A DNA stretch of 64,000 nucleotides from Candidatus Omnitrophota bacterium. Lineage in GTDB: Bacteria; Omnitrophota; Gorgyraeia; Zapsychrales; Fredricksoniimonadaceae. A program made the position numbers and the translations under genes. A model generated the notes under the pieces. It did no database searches and was not told where the DNA came from. It saw only the letters and a list, made by a program, of their open reading frames with translations. The DNA lies in contig JADFYF010000002.1 of assembly GCA_015233165.1 (NCBI GenBank), positions 14,517 to 78,516 on the forward strand, read 5' to 3'. Below, piece after piece: positions 1 through 8,718 of this stretch (positions are counted from its first letter, which is position 1; each line of letters opens with the position of its first letter).

Positions 1-2
1 AT

Positions 3-3000
3 CAAAAGAAAACCCAGTACCGCAATCTCATTAAATATTTTTTAGCCTCCTTAACCACGCCTGAGAAGGATATGTGGGTGAACCTGTCCCCGTATGAACA
101 CAATCGGATCATTGCGGACAATTTTCGTCAGACCGAGATGGGACGAGATATGCTGGCCCAGGATTACATTTTAAAACAATTAACAGCGTCCTTGATTTAC
201 CCTGAAGAAAGTCTGGGTAAGAAATTCTGGAATACCGTCTATGAGCGTATCCGTCAGGAAACAGGTAGCACCACGAAGGTTCCGGTAAACACCTTTAACA
301 AGGTCTGGATTATGGCGGATAAGGCGGAAGTTTTTGAGCACAATCAAACCGCGTTTGTGGTGGGAAGTCATTTGAAGGTGATGCTAGAGGAGGATTATTT
401 GGCATTACAAAAGCATTCCTCTCCCCTTGTGGGAGGGGTAAGGGGAGGGGGAGATTCACAAAATCCCCCCGCCCTAACCCTCCCCACAAAGGGGGAGGGA
501 ATCAAGGTCAGCAATATCAGCTCCCAAATCGTAAAAGAAATCATCCTCCCCGAGTTAGAAAAAGAGGTCAACACGGGCAAGAATTTCGCCAACCTCCGTC
601 AGATCTTCAATTCCATCATTCTATCCAGCTGGTACAAGAACAATCTTAAATCTGCTCTGTTAAACCAGGTCTACGCCAATCATTCCAAGGTCAAGGGCAT
701 CGACTTAAACGATCCGACGATCAAACAACAAATCTATGATCAATACCTAAAAGCCTATAAGAAGGGTGTCTTTAATTATATTAAAGAAGACATCAACGCT
801 GCCGGTGTCGCCACCCCAAAGAAATACTTCTCCGGCGGTTTACAGCCAGGTGCAGCGGCACATCCTGTCATAATCTTTGATTCTGCAGTTTTAGCAACTT
901 CATTACCCGATCGTGCGTTGGTATCGTTTCAAACAGGTTTTGAATCCAAAGGTGCGGATCAGGCTTTAATAGCGAATCATAAGATTAGAGATCATAATTC
1001 TAATGGGAACCCAGATGATGAAAAGAATGATAACAATAAGAAGGGCAATAAGGGGAAGTGGTGGATGTTGGCTGCCGTTGTCATTGTTACTATTTCAGCT
1101 TTTATTCTGATTAACAAGAAGCATGATTCTATTTCGCCTGAAAGACTTAAAGAAATCGTCGAACAATCTCAGAAAATCATTGAGGCTACCAAGGCTGAGA
1201 TCGAAAGTTCAAAAAGGACTATGAAGAGAAGTGAAGAACTCATAAAGGAGACAGAGGAAGAAAGATCAAAAAGGATTATCAAGAGATTGGAAGAAAATTT
1301 AAAGAATGAACGAAAGCCTTTGGGTTCTTTAGAAAATAAAGAAGCAAAGTCTGACGCAGCGATGGCAGTAACGGCTGTCACCAGCGAAAAATCAGAATTT
1401 CAAATAGGTGATTCGAAGGTTCAAGTGAAGGTGATCCCCGCACAGGGCATAGCTCTTCATCCATCCGCTGAAGTTTGGGTGGATGGTTCATTCAAAGGAC
1501 CAGCCACGTTGGCAAAATCCTATAAAGAGGATCCTCGATTCGAAGTGCGGGACTTAGGGGGCGAAGACGCAGGGGTTTATTTTATAAATAAGACTCTTGA
1601 GTCCAATACGACTGTAGCATATGACGAAGCCATGACGACGATGATCGGTGATATTAGGGGTCAGAGCTGGGCTCCTGTCAATAAGGACACAGTATTTAAA
1701 GTAGGAGATGTTTTGAATCTTGGGCCTCGTGATGGGTATGGTGTGGTTGGACAGGTGGATAAAGATAAAGAAAATCTGTTTTTCCAAAAAGCACGTTTGA
1801 TTTTTCAAGAAGGTCAGATCACTGCAGTGATTGAAGGAGAGTATCTTTCGATCACACGTTCTCATTTAATGGAAAAGCCTGTTACTCAGCTTCTTCGTCC
1901 TCTTTCTTGGACAGATTCTGCAATGACAACGATACCTAGAACGGTGGAAGACGTGAAATTTATTGCTGTTGTGGCGAATCACAATGAAAAGGGTCCTTTA
2001 ATCTTTCTTACGAACCAGGGAACATTTAAATTTACTCCTGTCTCTTATGCTAAAAGGGACAATGATGATCATGGGCAAAGATTTAAGGGCATTGAAGTCG
2101 TCAGAAATGATGTCTATCTGGGATTCTTCCAGGATATCCCACTTAATGACGTTTCGAAGAATTGGAGACAGTTTGTTATCAAGGCATTGCAAAAGGAAGA
2201 CATAATAACTCCTGAGAATCCTTTCTTTAAGAATTATTATAACTTTCAGGTCAGCTCCGATAAGGCGATGGCCATCGACGAGGCTAAAAAAGAAAATATG
2301 GCCTTAATTTTATACGTAGGAGATAAAGATGAGATTTCTCGTCTTCTTAATCTTCACCGGTTACCCATCATAGCTAAGAATGTTGTTGTTGCTAAAGATG
2401 AACAAGAAGCTCTTCAACTATGGAGCGAAGCTAAGGATAAGGGAGTTAAGATTGGTGCAGTGTTTACAACTATGAAACTTCCGAAGTTATCTTCGGTAGT
2501 TATCTCTGATGATCCGACAGTGCCGATTGGAGTTCTTTCAAATGTAAAGGACTTCTCATTCCAACCGACACCTCTTACAGCAGACCGCCGACAACAGCTT
2601 GATGATTTGAACTACTCAGTCCGAGAGGAGTTGCGTGGAACAAAAGACGCTCCCCCTCCCGATGGGGCGATGGCGGGGAAAGAGGACAAGTCTTTTCCAT
2701 TTAAATTAAAAAGTGTTGAGATGTATGATGGAAGTCCTGGTACAACGTTGTTATCCCACATAGGAGATCTTCGCTTTAGTGATATTCCTCCGGATAATAG
2801 AACAATTAGGGTTGATGTCCTTCCATTTAATATCAAGAACCCTTCAGAAAATAGTTATTCACGAAAAGGTTATTTATTACATCTATTCGATGCATTCCAT
2901 AATCGGTTAATTGAACCAAGTATTTTTATAGAACCTGAACAGCAAGATTATCGTTTCATATTGGCATTATTAGATAGATTAGAGAGCCCAGAAATTAAAT

Positions 3001-3389
3001 CCAAGGTAAAAGAAATATTTGAAAATAGTAAGAGTCAGAAGGAGGCTGAAGAAACGTTTGTTAAATTTCTGATTGATAGAATCAAAGAAATTACTCAAGT
3101 GATAGTAACGTCTTCGAAAACACTCATCCCAAAGGAAGACGTAGACAAGGCGGTCTTGGCATTTCCCGGTGGTATCGACCTTAATACCACAGGCATGGGC
3201 TGGAAACTTTCCAAGGATGGTCAGGGTGTTGAGATGAATATCGATCAGGCCATGATTGAGAAATTCAAGCGGGAGGGCATGGATAGCCTGACACCTGTGA
3301 TTTTTAAGATTACCCCCATCGTCAGCATCTGGCCCATCATCGGTCTTTTGCCACCTAAAAGGGAAGAAGAGCGTTTGGCGAAAGCGTAG
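3..3389 (+). CDS. Large modular protein (5'-truncated by window edge): conserved N-region, array of D-x-A-M-delimited modules, conserved GGIDLN C-terminus
   Basis: Frame is open from nt 3 (QKKTQYRNLIKYFLASLTTPEKDMWVNLSPYE), so ATG 72 is internal. D-x-A-[ML/V] motifs at 957, 1353, 1623, 1914, 2259, 2661, 3144 and 3243; C-terminal FPGGIDLN...LTPVIFKITP. Function unknown. Confidence 0.85.
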   Translation, partial: QKKTQYRNLIKYFLASLTTPEKDMWVNLSPYEHNRIIADNFRQTEMGRDMLAQDYILKQLTASLIYPEESLGKKFWNTVYERIRQETGSTTKVPVNTFNKVWIMADKAEVFEHNQTAFVVGSHLKVMLEEDYLALQKHSSPLVGGVRGGGDSQNPPALTLPTKGEGIKVSNISSQIVKEIILPELEKEVNTGKNFANLRQIFNSIILSSWYKNNLKSALLNQVYANHSKVKGIDLNDPTIKQQIYDQYLKAYKKGVFNYIKEDINAAGVATPKKYFSGGLQPGAAAHPVIIFDSAVLATSLPDRALVSFQTGFESKGADQALIANHKIRDHNSNGNPDDEKNDNNKKGNKGKWWMLAAVVIVTISAFILINKKHDSISPERLKEIVEQSQKIIEATKAEIESSKRTMKRSEELIKETEEERSKRIIKRLEENLKNERKPLGSLENKEAKSDAAMAVTAVTSEKSEFQIGDSKVQVKVIPAQGIALHPSAEVWVDGSFKGPATLAKSYKEDPRFEVRDLGGEDAGVYFINKTLESNTTVAYDEAMTTMIGDIRGQSWAPVNKDTVFKVGDVLNLGPRDGYGVVGQVDKDKENLFFQKARLIFQEGQITAVIEGEYLSITRSHLMEKPVTQLLRPLSWTDSAMTTIPRTVEDVKFIAVVANHNEKGPLIFLTNQGTFKFTPVSYAKRDNDDHGQRFKGIEVVRNDVYLGFFQDIPLNDVSKNWRQFVIKALQKEDIITPENPFFKNYYNFQVSSDKAMAIDEAKKENMALILYVGDKDEISRLLNLHRLPIIAKNVVVAKDEQEALQLWSEAKDKGVKIGAVFTTMKLPKLSSVVISDDPTVPIGVLSNVKDFSFQPTPLTADRRQQLDDLNYSVREELRGTKDAPPPDGAMAGKEDKSFPFKLKSVEMYDGSPGTTLLSHIGDLRFSDIPPDNRTIRVDVLPFNIKNPSENSYSRKGYLLHLFDAFHNRLIEPSIFIEPEQQDYRFILALLDRLESPEIKSKVKEIFENSKSQKEAEETFVKFLIDRIKEITQVIVTSSKTLIPKEDVDKAVLAFPGGIDLNTTGMGWKLSKDGQGVEMNIDQAMIEKFKREGMDSLTPVIFKITPIVSIWPIIGLLPPKREEERLAKA
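415..502. repeat. GC-rich imperfect palindromic element translated in frame within the CDS
   Basis: attcctctccccttgtgggaggggtaaggggaggggga (415-452) is an imperfect inverted repeat of tccccccgccctaaccctccccacaaagggggagggaat (464-502). It encodes SSPLVGGVRGGGDSQNPPALTLPTKGEG. Confidence 0.85.
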
Positions 3390-3399
3390 GGAGTAGTAT

Positions 3400-3428
3400 T
3401 TGACGTTATAACGTTGTAATGTTATGCT
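3400..3428 (+). promoter_or_regulatory. Sigma70-type promoter of the TA operon with overlapping operator repeats
   Basis: TTGACG (3400-3405), 17 nt, TATGCT (3423-3428). Overlapped by 8-mer repeats ACGTTATA/ACGTTGTA/ATGTTATG and the palindrome ACGTTATAACGT. SD AAGGAGG precedes ATG 3455. Confidence 0.65.
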
Positions 3429-3454
3429 CTTTCTAGATTGAAGGAGGTTCTGAT

Positions 3455-3688
3455 ATGGCCACATTAACCAAACGTGCTACGATTTATTTTGATCCTGCGG
3501 TTCACCGATTACTTCGAGTCAAAGCTTTGGAAACAGAGCAATCTTTATCCGATCTGGTGAATAAAGCTGTTTTAGATGAATTTGCCGAAGATGAGTTTGA
3601 CCTATCTTCCTTTGCCAAACGAGAAAAAGAGCCTACGATTTCATATGAGGCTCTTTTAAAAAAGCTTAAAATCGATGGCAAGATATAG
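3455..3688 (+). CDS. CopG/ribbon-helix-helix antitoxin
   Basis: 77 aa, N-terminal KRATIYFD strand plus helices (SLSDLVNKAV), acidic C-half; overlaps a RelE-like gene. Confidence 0.8.
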   Translation: MATLTKRATIYFDPAVHRLLRVKALETEQSLSDLVNKAVLDEFAEDEFDLSSFAKREKEPTISYEALLKKLKIDGKI

Positions 3689-3935
3689 TATTGAAATCAA
3701 GCAATCTGCTAGTAAAGAAATCGAGAAGCTTCCTAAGGGTGATCTTAAGGTTGTTCTTACTAAGATTGAATCTCTGGCATCAAATCCCCGTCCACATGGA
3801 TGTATTAAGTTAAGCGCTCAGGAGAGATATCGTATTCGTTGCGGACAGTATCGGATCCTTTATATGATCCTAGACCATGTCCTAGTCGTCACCATTGTCA
3901 AAGTCGCTCATCGTAAAGACGTTTATCGGTCTTAA
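3675..3935 (+). CDS. RelE/ParE family toxin
   Basis: 86 aa basic protein: YSIEIKQSASKEIEKL...NPRPHGCIKL...YRIRCGQYRILY...VAHRKDVY. Confidence 0.9.
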   Translation: MARYSIEIKQSASKEIEKLPKGDLKVVLTKIESLASNPRPHGCIKLSAQERYRIRCGQYRILYMILDHVLVVTIVKVAHRKDVYRS

Positions 3936-4061
3936 TTCAGCCTTAATATTAACCGAAAATTTTAATTTCCCTTTTAAAGGGATTCTGCTATCATCTTGAA
4001 TAATTTTTAACAGGCTAAGTGTACATTTATAGGACTTTTAAAGCTAACAAGAGGTTCAAAA

Positions 4062-5327
4062 ATGCCGGCAATTAAACCATTTAACGCTGTTTTCTATAAC
4101 AAAGAGAAGATTGATAACCTTTCGTCCGTGATCTGTCCCCCTTACGATGTCATCTCCAAGGAGCAGCAGGAAGCCTATTATAAGCAGCATCCTAATAATT
4201 TTATCCGTTTGGAATTAGCTAAGGAAACCTCCAAGGATAGCGCCAAGGACAATAAATACACCCGCGCTAAGAAAACCTATGAAGATTGGTTAGCCAAGGG
4301 AATCTTAAAGCAGGATGAAGCGTATTGTATTTATTTTTATAAGCAGGATTATACCTATCTCGGTCAAAGATACACTCGCATGGGATTCTTAGGTCTTTTG
4401 AATCTCAACGAAGACTCCGGTGTTAAGATTTTACCCCACGAACACACCCATTCTGCCGCTAAAACGGATCGTTTAACCCTCTGGACAGCTTTAAAAACAG
4501 ATTTAAGCTCCATTTTCGTGGGATATAGCGATAAAACGAATGTGATTGAGAAGATTTTTATGAAGGAATTAGCCAGTCAGAAGCCTTATTTAGAGGCGGT
4601 TGATCCTGATAAGGTTAAGCATATGATCTGGCGCCTGGCTGATCCCGATAAGATTCAGCTGGTGATGGATGTGTTAGAAGGGCAGAATTTGTTTATCTGC
4701 GATGGGCATCATCGTTTTGAAGTGGCCAATCAGATGCGTCGGGATGCGATGAAGAAGCAAAAGAATCATACTGGTAAAGAGCCTTATAATTTTGTCATGA
4801 CGTACTTTACCAACATGGATTCCAAAGATTTGCAGATTTTCCCTATCCATCGCATCGTTAAAAAGTTTCCTATCAATGTTACCCTCTTAGAACAATATTT
4901 TCGTATCGATAAAATTAAGACCAAGAATGATTTGTTGGTCCTCTTGGCACGTGCCGGTCAGAATGAACATGCCTTTGGGTTGTGCAAGAAGGAAGGGCTG
5001 TATTTGCTTCGCTTAAAGAGTAAGACCTTGATTGATAAGGTTGTTAAGGAAGGGTCTAAGGATTATAAAAGTTTGGATTCTGCTATCCTTAAGGCTTTTA
5101 TTTTTGATCAGGTTGGTGTGGCTTCAGAAGATATTCTTTATTCTAAGGATCCCACAGAGGTTCTAGCTGCTGTTGCTGAAGGTCAGGCGGATGCGGGATT
5201 TATTTTAAATCCGATATTGATTAAACAGCTTAAGACGATTGCCTTAAATGATGAGCGTATGCCGCCTAAAACGACGTATTTTTATCCTAAGGTATTGTCC
5301 GGTTTAACACTTTATAAGATGGATTAA
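4062..5327 (+). CDS. DUF1015 family protein (ParB/Srx-like fold)
   Basis: PPYDVIS, ILPHEHT, ICDGHHR and MPPKTTYFYPK motifs. Confidence 0.85.
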   Translation: MPAIKPFNAVFYNKEKIDNLSSVICPPYDVISKEQQEAYYKQHPNNFIRLELAKETSKDSAKDNKYTRAKKTYEDWLAKGILKQDEAYCIYFYKQDYTYLGQRYTRMGFLGLLNLNEDSGVKILPHEHTHSAAKTDRLTLWTALKTDLSSIFVGYSDKTNVIEKIFMKELASQKPYLEAVDPDKVKHMIWRLADPDKIQLVMDVLEGQNLFICDGHHRFEVANQMRRDAMKKQKNHTGKEPYNFVMTYFTNMDSKDLQIFPIHRIVKKFPINVTLLEQYFRIDKIKTKNDLLVLLARAGQNEHAFGLCKKEGLYLLRLKSKTLIDKVVKEGSKDYKSLDSAILKAFIFDQVGVASEDILYSKDPTEVLAAVAEGQADAGFILNPILIKQLKTIALNDERMPPKTTYFYPKVLSGLTLYKMD

Positions 5328-5328
5328 A

Positions 5329-6168
5329 ATGTCTTTATTCGGAAAATCAAACTATACCTTTATTAAGGTTAAACGTAAGGAAATTCCAACCGGTGTTTGG
5401 ACTAAATGTCCGGGTTGCGAATCACCCGCCTATTCTAAGGAACTCAAGAATAATCTGAATGTTTGTCCTAAATGTGGTTTTCATTTAGGGGTTACAGCCC
5501 CGGAGCGAGTGGAGCAGCTTGTTGACGATGGTACCTTTGTCGAGCTCGATGCCCAGATGACTTCTGCAGATCCTTTAGATTTTCAGGGACCCAAGACCTA
5601 TAAAGATAAATTGAAAGCAGATCAGGAAATTACCGATTTGGTGGATGCTGTTATTACCGGTTATGGCCAGATCGAAGGGCATAAGGCTGTTGTGGTTGTG
5701 ACCGATTCTCGTTTTATCATGGGTTCTATGGGGTCGGTGGTGGGAGAGAAAATTGCACGTGCTGTGGAATACGGGACTAAAAATAAATTGCCTGTGATTA
5801 TCGTTTCTTCTTCCGGTGGTGGGGCACGTATGTATGAGGGGGCTATTTCCTTGATGCAGATGGCGAAAACCTGTGCAGCCTTAGCTCGTCATGCTCAGGC
5901 AGGATTCTTGCATATTTCTATTTTGACTAATCCAACCATGGGTGGGATTATGGCTTCTTTTGCAGGGATTGGCGATATCATTATTGCTGAACCCAAAGCC
6001 CTTATTGGTTTTGCAGGACCTCGTGTTATTGAACAGACCATCCGTCAGAAATTGCCGGCAGGATTTCAGCGCTCTGAGTTCTTGTTATTGCATGGAATGA
6101 TTGATATGATCGTCGAGAGACAGGATCTTAAAGGCGTGATTGCGCATGCGATTGAATACGCTGCTTAG
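5329..6168 (+). CDS. accD: Acetyl-CoA carboxylase carboxyltransferase beta subunit
   Basis: Zn finger WTKCPGC...VCPKC, FIMGSMGS, SGGGARMYEG, LIGFAGPRVIEQTI, FQRSEFL. Confidence 0.95.
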   Translation: MSLFGKSNYTFIKVKRKEIPTGVWTKCPGCESPAYSKELKNNLNVCPKCGFHLGVTAPERVEQLVDDGTFVELDAQMTSADPLDFQGPKTYKDKLKADQEITDLVDAVITGYGQIEGHKAVVVVTDSRFIMGSMGSVVGEKIARAVEYGTKNKLPVIIVSSSGGGARMYEGAISLMQMAKTCAALARHAQAGFLHISILTNPTMGGIMASFAGIGDIIIAEPKALIGFAGPRVIEQTIRQKLPAGFQRSEFLLLHGMIDMIVERQDLKGVIAHAIEYAA

Positions 6169-6219
6169 CTCAAAAGTTTTCACGCCTGCCTGCCGGTAGG
6201 CAGGTTTGAGCTTCGCAGG
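6161..6219 (-). repeat. GAA/GAA-GAAA hairpin element copy A, carrying a nested 20-nt palindrome
   Basis: Minus strand reads CCTGC-GAA-GCTCAAA-[CCTGCCTACCGGCAGGCAGG]-CGT-GAAA-ACT-TTTGAGC-TAA-GCAG. Contains the accD stop codon (6166-6168). Confidence 0.7.
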
Positions 6220-6223
6220 CGTT

Positions 6224-6262
6224 CTTACGAAGTTCAACACGAAAGTATTTGAACGAAGTGAA
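6224..6262 (+). repeat. GAA/GAA-GAAA hairpin element copy B
   Basis: CTTAC-GAA-GTTCAA-CAC-GAAA-GTAT-TTGAAC-GAA-GTGAA; very similar to the reverse complement of 49733-49770. Confidence 0.75.
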
Positions 6263-6347
6263 ACGCAGGAAACTAATTGCTTAAGCGAAGTGTTTTTAAT
6301 AGAATAACGCTTCTTAATTATTAATAACGAGAGAGTTGAGAGAATTT

Positions 6348-7454
6348 GTGGCTCATATTAGTATTAAAAACCTATCTAAGAGTTACAAAAATGGACAGCA
6401 AAATGCTGTTAAGAATGTCAGTTTAGAAATTGAGGACAAAGAATTTTTAGTTTTAGTTGGGCCCTCCGGATGCGGTAAGTCCAGTATCCTTCGTATGGTG
6501 GCGGGTTTAGAAGACGTCACTTCCGGTGAAATTTTTATTGATGATAAATTAGTGAATGATGTTCCTGCCAAAGATCGTAATATTGCCATGGTTTTCCAAA
6601 ACTATGCGCTTTATCCGCACATGAGTGTTTTTGAGAATATGGCGTTTGGTTTGAAGTTGCGCGGTTATCCAAAGCCAGAAATTGAAAAACGCGTCCATGA
6701 AGCCGCTGATATTTTGGGAATTAGAAAATATTTAGACAGACGTCCTCGTCAGCTTTCTGGTGGAGAACGTCAACGTGTGGCCCTAGGCCGCGCGATTGTG
6801 CGAAAACCAGCGGTTTTTCTTTTTGACGAACCTTTGAGTAATCTGGATGCCAAGATGCGTGTGCAAATGCGTACCGAGATTCATAAGCTTCGTATGCGTC
6901 TACAAACAACCTTTATTTATGTTACACATGATCAGACAGAAGCTATGACGATGGGGGATCGTATTGTTGTGATGAAGGATGGCATTATTCAGCAGTGTGC
7001 AGAGCCAGTTTTTATTTATGATCATCCTAAGAATAAATTTGTTAGTTCTTTTATCGGATCTCCACCTATCAATCTGCTGAACGGACGGATTATTAAGAAG
7101 GAGCGTAAGTTCTTTTTTGATGAAGGCAAGTTCCAGATTAAGTTGACAGAAGATATGTTTACGAAGATTTCTTCCTATGAAGGCAAGGACGTGACGATGG
7201 GGATTCGTTCAGAAGATATTTACGATAAATTATTTGCTTTTGAAGCTTCTGATGACAATACTGTTCGTGCCACTTGTGAGGTTGTGGAGCCCTTAGGTTC
7301 TGAAGTCTATTTGTATTTAAGTTCCGGTAAACATAATTTTATAGCCCGTGTCGGAGCTCATGATAGACCTGAAGTTAACCGTGAGATGGATTTAGTATTC
7401 GACATGAGCAAGGTGCACTTCTTTGATGTCCAAACCGAAGAAACCATTGTTTAA
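6348..7454 (+). CDS. Sugar ABC transporter ATP-binding protein (MalK/UgpC/MsmX type)
   Basis: Walker A GPSGCGKS, VFQNYALYPH, LSGGERQR, FLFDEPLSNLD, C-terminal TOBE/OB region. GTG 6348 is the likely start (TTG 6336 alternative). Confidence 0.92.
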   Translation: MAHISIKNLSKSYKNGQQNAVKNVSLEIEDKEFLVLVGPSGCGKSSILRMVAGLEDVTSGEIFIDDKLVNDVPAKDRNIAMVFQNYALYPHMSVFENMAFGLKLRGYPKPEIEKRVHEAADILGIRKYLDRRPRQLSGGERQRVALGRAIVRKPAVFLFDEPLSNLDAKMRVQMRTEIHKLRMRLQTTFIYVTHDQTEAMTMGDRIVVMKDGIIQQCAEPVFIYDHPKNKFVSSFIGSPPINLLNGRIIKKERKFFFDEGKFQIKLTEDMFTKISSYEGKDVTMGIRSEDIYDKLFAFEASDDNTVRATCEVVEPLGSEVYLYLSSGKHNFIARVGAHDRPEVNREMDLVFDMSKVHFFDVQTEETIV

Positions 7455-8718
7455 GTTGTATTCTTTAGTTGTTTTTAGTTTCCTGCTGCCTTTAGCAGGA
7501 TTCTTTGTCTACGCCGCTAAATATCATGCGGCGTTTTTTTATTTAGCAGCGGCTTTAGTTATTAATATTATCCTCTTAGTTGTTTTTCACAAACGTCTTT
7601 CCCAGAAACAATCCCTGATTACCCTGCAAAAAGAAGAGTATTTTGAAAAGACCAACATGTTGAAAGCCGAGTTAAGTACGGAATGGCAGACGATTGAAGC
7701 TTTTCGTCGAAAAATTATTAACTATTCTCAGTTGAAGGATTTGACTGAGAAATTAAGCATGTGTTTAAACCTGGAAGAAACGTCCAATGTTTTATCGCTG
7801 GAAGTTGGTAAACTCTTTGGTCATAAGGATGTGACGGTGATTTTGTATCTATTTCATACAAAATTAGGGGAGTTAGGAATTTATTCGTCGCAAAAAGGAC
7901 AGATGCAGATTAATCTTAAAGCTAAAAAGGGAGACATTTTTGATCAGTGGACGGTGAAAACCTTGCATCCATTGCTTGTAGAGGATGCGAATAGTGATTT
8001 TCGTTTTGATGTGGATAAGGTGTCCTTGGAGGACTGCCGTGAAATCCGGTCGCTGATTAGCGCTCCTTTGATGGAAGGTAAGAAGATTTTAGGAATATTA
8101 AGAGTCGATAGCCCCTTATCATTTCATTTTACGACAGAGGATCTGCGTTTTTTAAGAACGATTGCGGATTTAACATCCATTGCTGTTGAAAATGCGCAGT
8201 TATACCAGAGCTTAGAAGAACTGGCGATCAAAGATGGGCTCACGGGTCTTTATTTACGTCGTTATTTGATGGGACGATTTGATGAGGAAATGGCTAGAAC
8301 TCTTCGCAGTAAACATGAACTTTCTTTTATATTGATTGATTTAGATTATTTTAAAAAATATAACGACACCTTCGGACATATTGCCGGAGACATTGTCCTG
8401 CGTAACGTGGCAGAAGTTCTCAGGGATCATTTTAAGAAGCCAGGAGATTTAGTCTGTCGTTATGGGGGAGAGGAATTCTGCGTTTTATTGCCCGATTGTC
8501 CCAAGACCAAGGCGGCTCAGTTGGCCGAGGAGTTACGTCAGAAGATTAAGAGTCAGGAGATTGTTCTGCGTCGTCAGAAAACTAATGTCACGGTTTCAAT
8601 CGGAGTGGCAGGTTTTCCCAAAGATGCCCGATTGAAAGAAGAGTTGATTCTTAAAGCAGATGAGGCTCTTTATAAAGCGAAGAGAGGAGGTCGAGATCAA
8701 GTATGTTTAGCTTCTTAA
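7423..8718 (+). CDS. Membrane-anchored GAF-GGDEF diguanylate cyclase
   Basis: Two N-terminal TM segments, GAF-like region (SLISAPL...GILRVDS), DGLTGL, RYGGEEF; no RxxD I-site (KPGD). Start may be TTG 7447. Confidence 0.9.
   Translation: MMSKPKKPLFKLYSLVVFSFLLPLAGFFVYAAKYHAAFFYLAAALVINIILLVVFHKRLSQKQSLITLQKEEYFEKTNMLKAELSTEWQTIEAFRRKIINYSQLKDLTEKLSMCLNLEETSNVLSLEVGKLFGHKDVTVILYLFHTKLGELGIYSSQKGQMQINLKAKKGDIFDQWTVKTLHPLLVEDANSDFRFDVDKVSLEDCREIRSLISAPLMEGKKILGILRVDSPLSFHFTTEDLRFLRTIADLTSIAVENAQLYQSLEELAIKDGLTGLYLRRYLMGRFDEEMARTLRSKHELSFILIDLDYFKKYNDTFGHIAGDIVLRNVAEVLRDHFKKPGDLVCRYGGEEFCVLLPDCPKTKAAQLAEELRQKIKSQEIVLRRQKTNVTVSIGVAGFPKDARLKEELILKADEALYKAKRGGRDQVCLAS

Noticed and set aside
1353-2672. 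The Met of each D-x-A-M as an internal translation start
   Set aside because: No consistent SD at suitable spacing, and some junctions have Leu or Val instead of Met. Disfavoured rather than disproved.
957-3270. D-x-A-M junctions as integron attC sites, CRISPR repeats or DNA recombination sites
   Set aside because: Only GAYNNNGCNATG is shared, wobble bases vary, there is no palindrome, and no integrase or cas gene is in the window. Microhomology recombination cannot be fully excluded.
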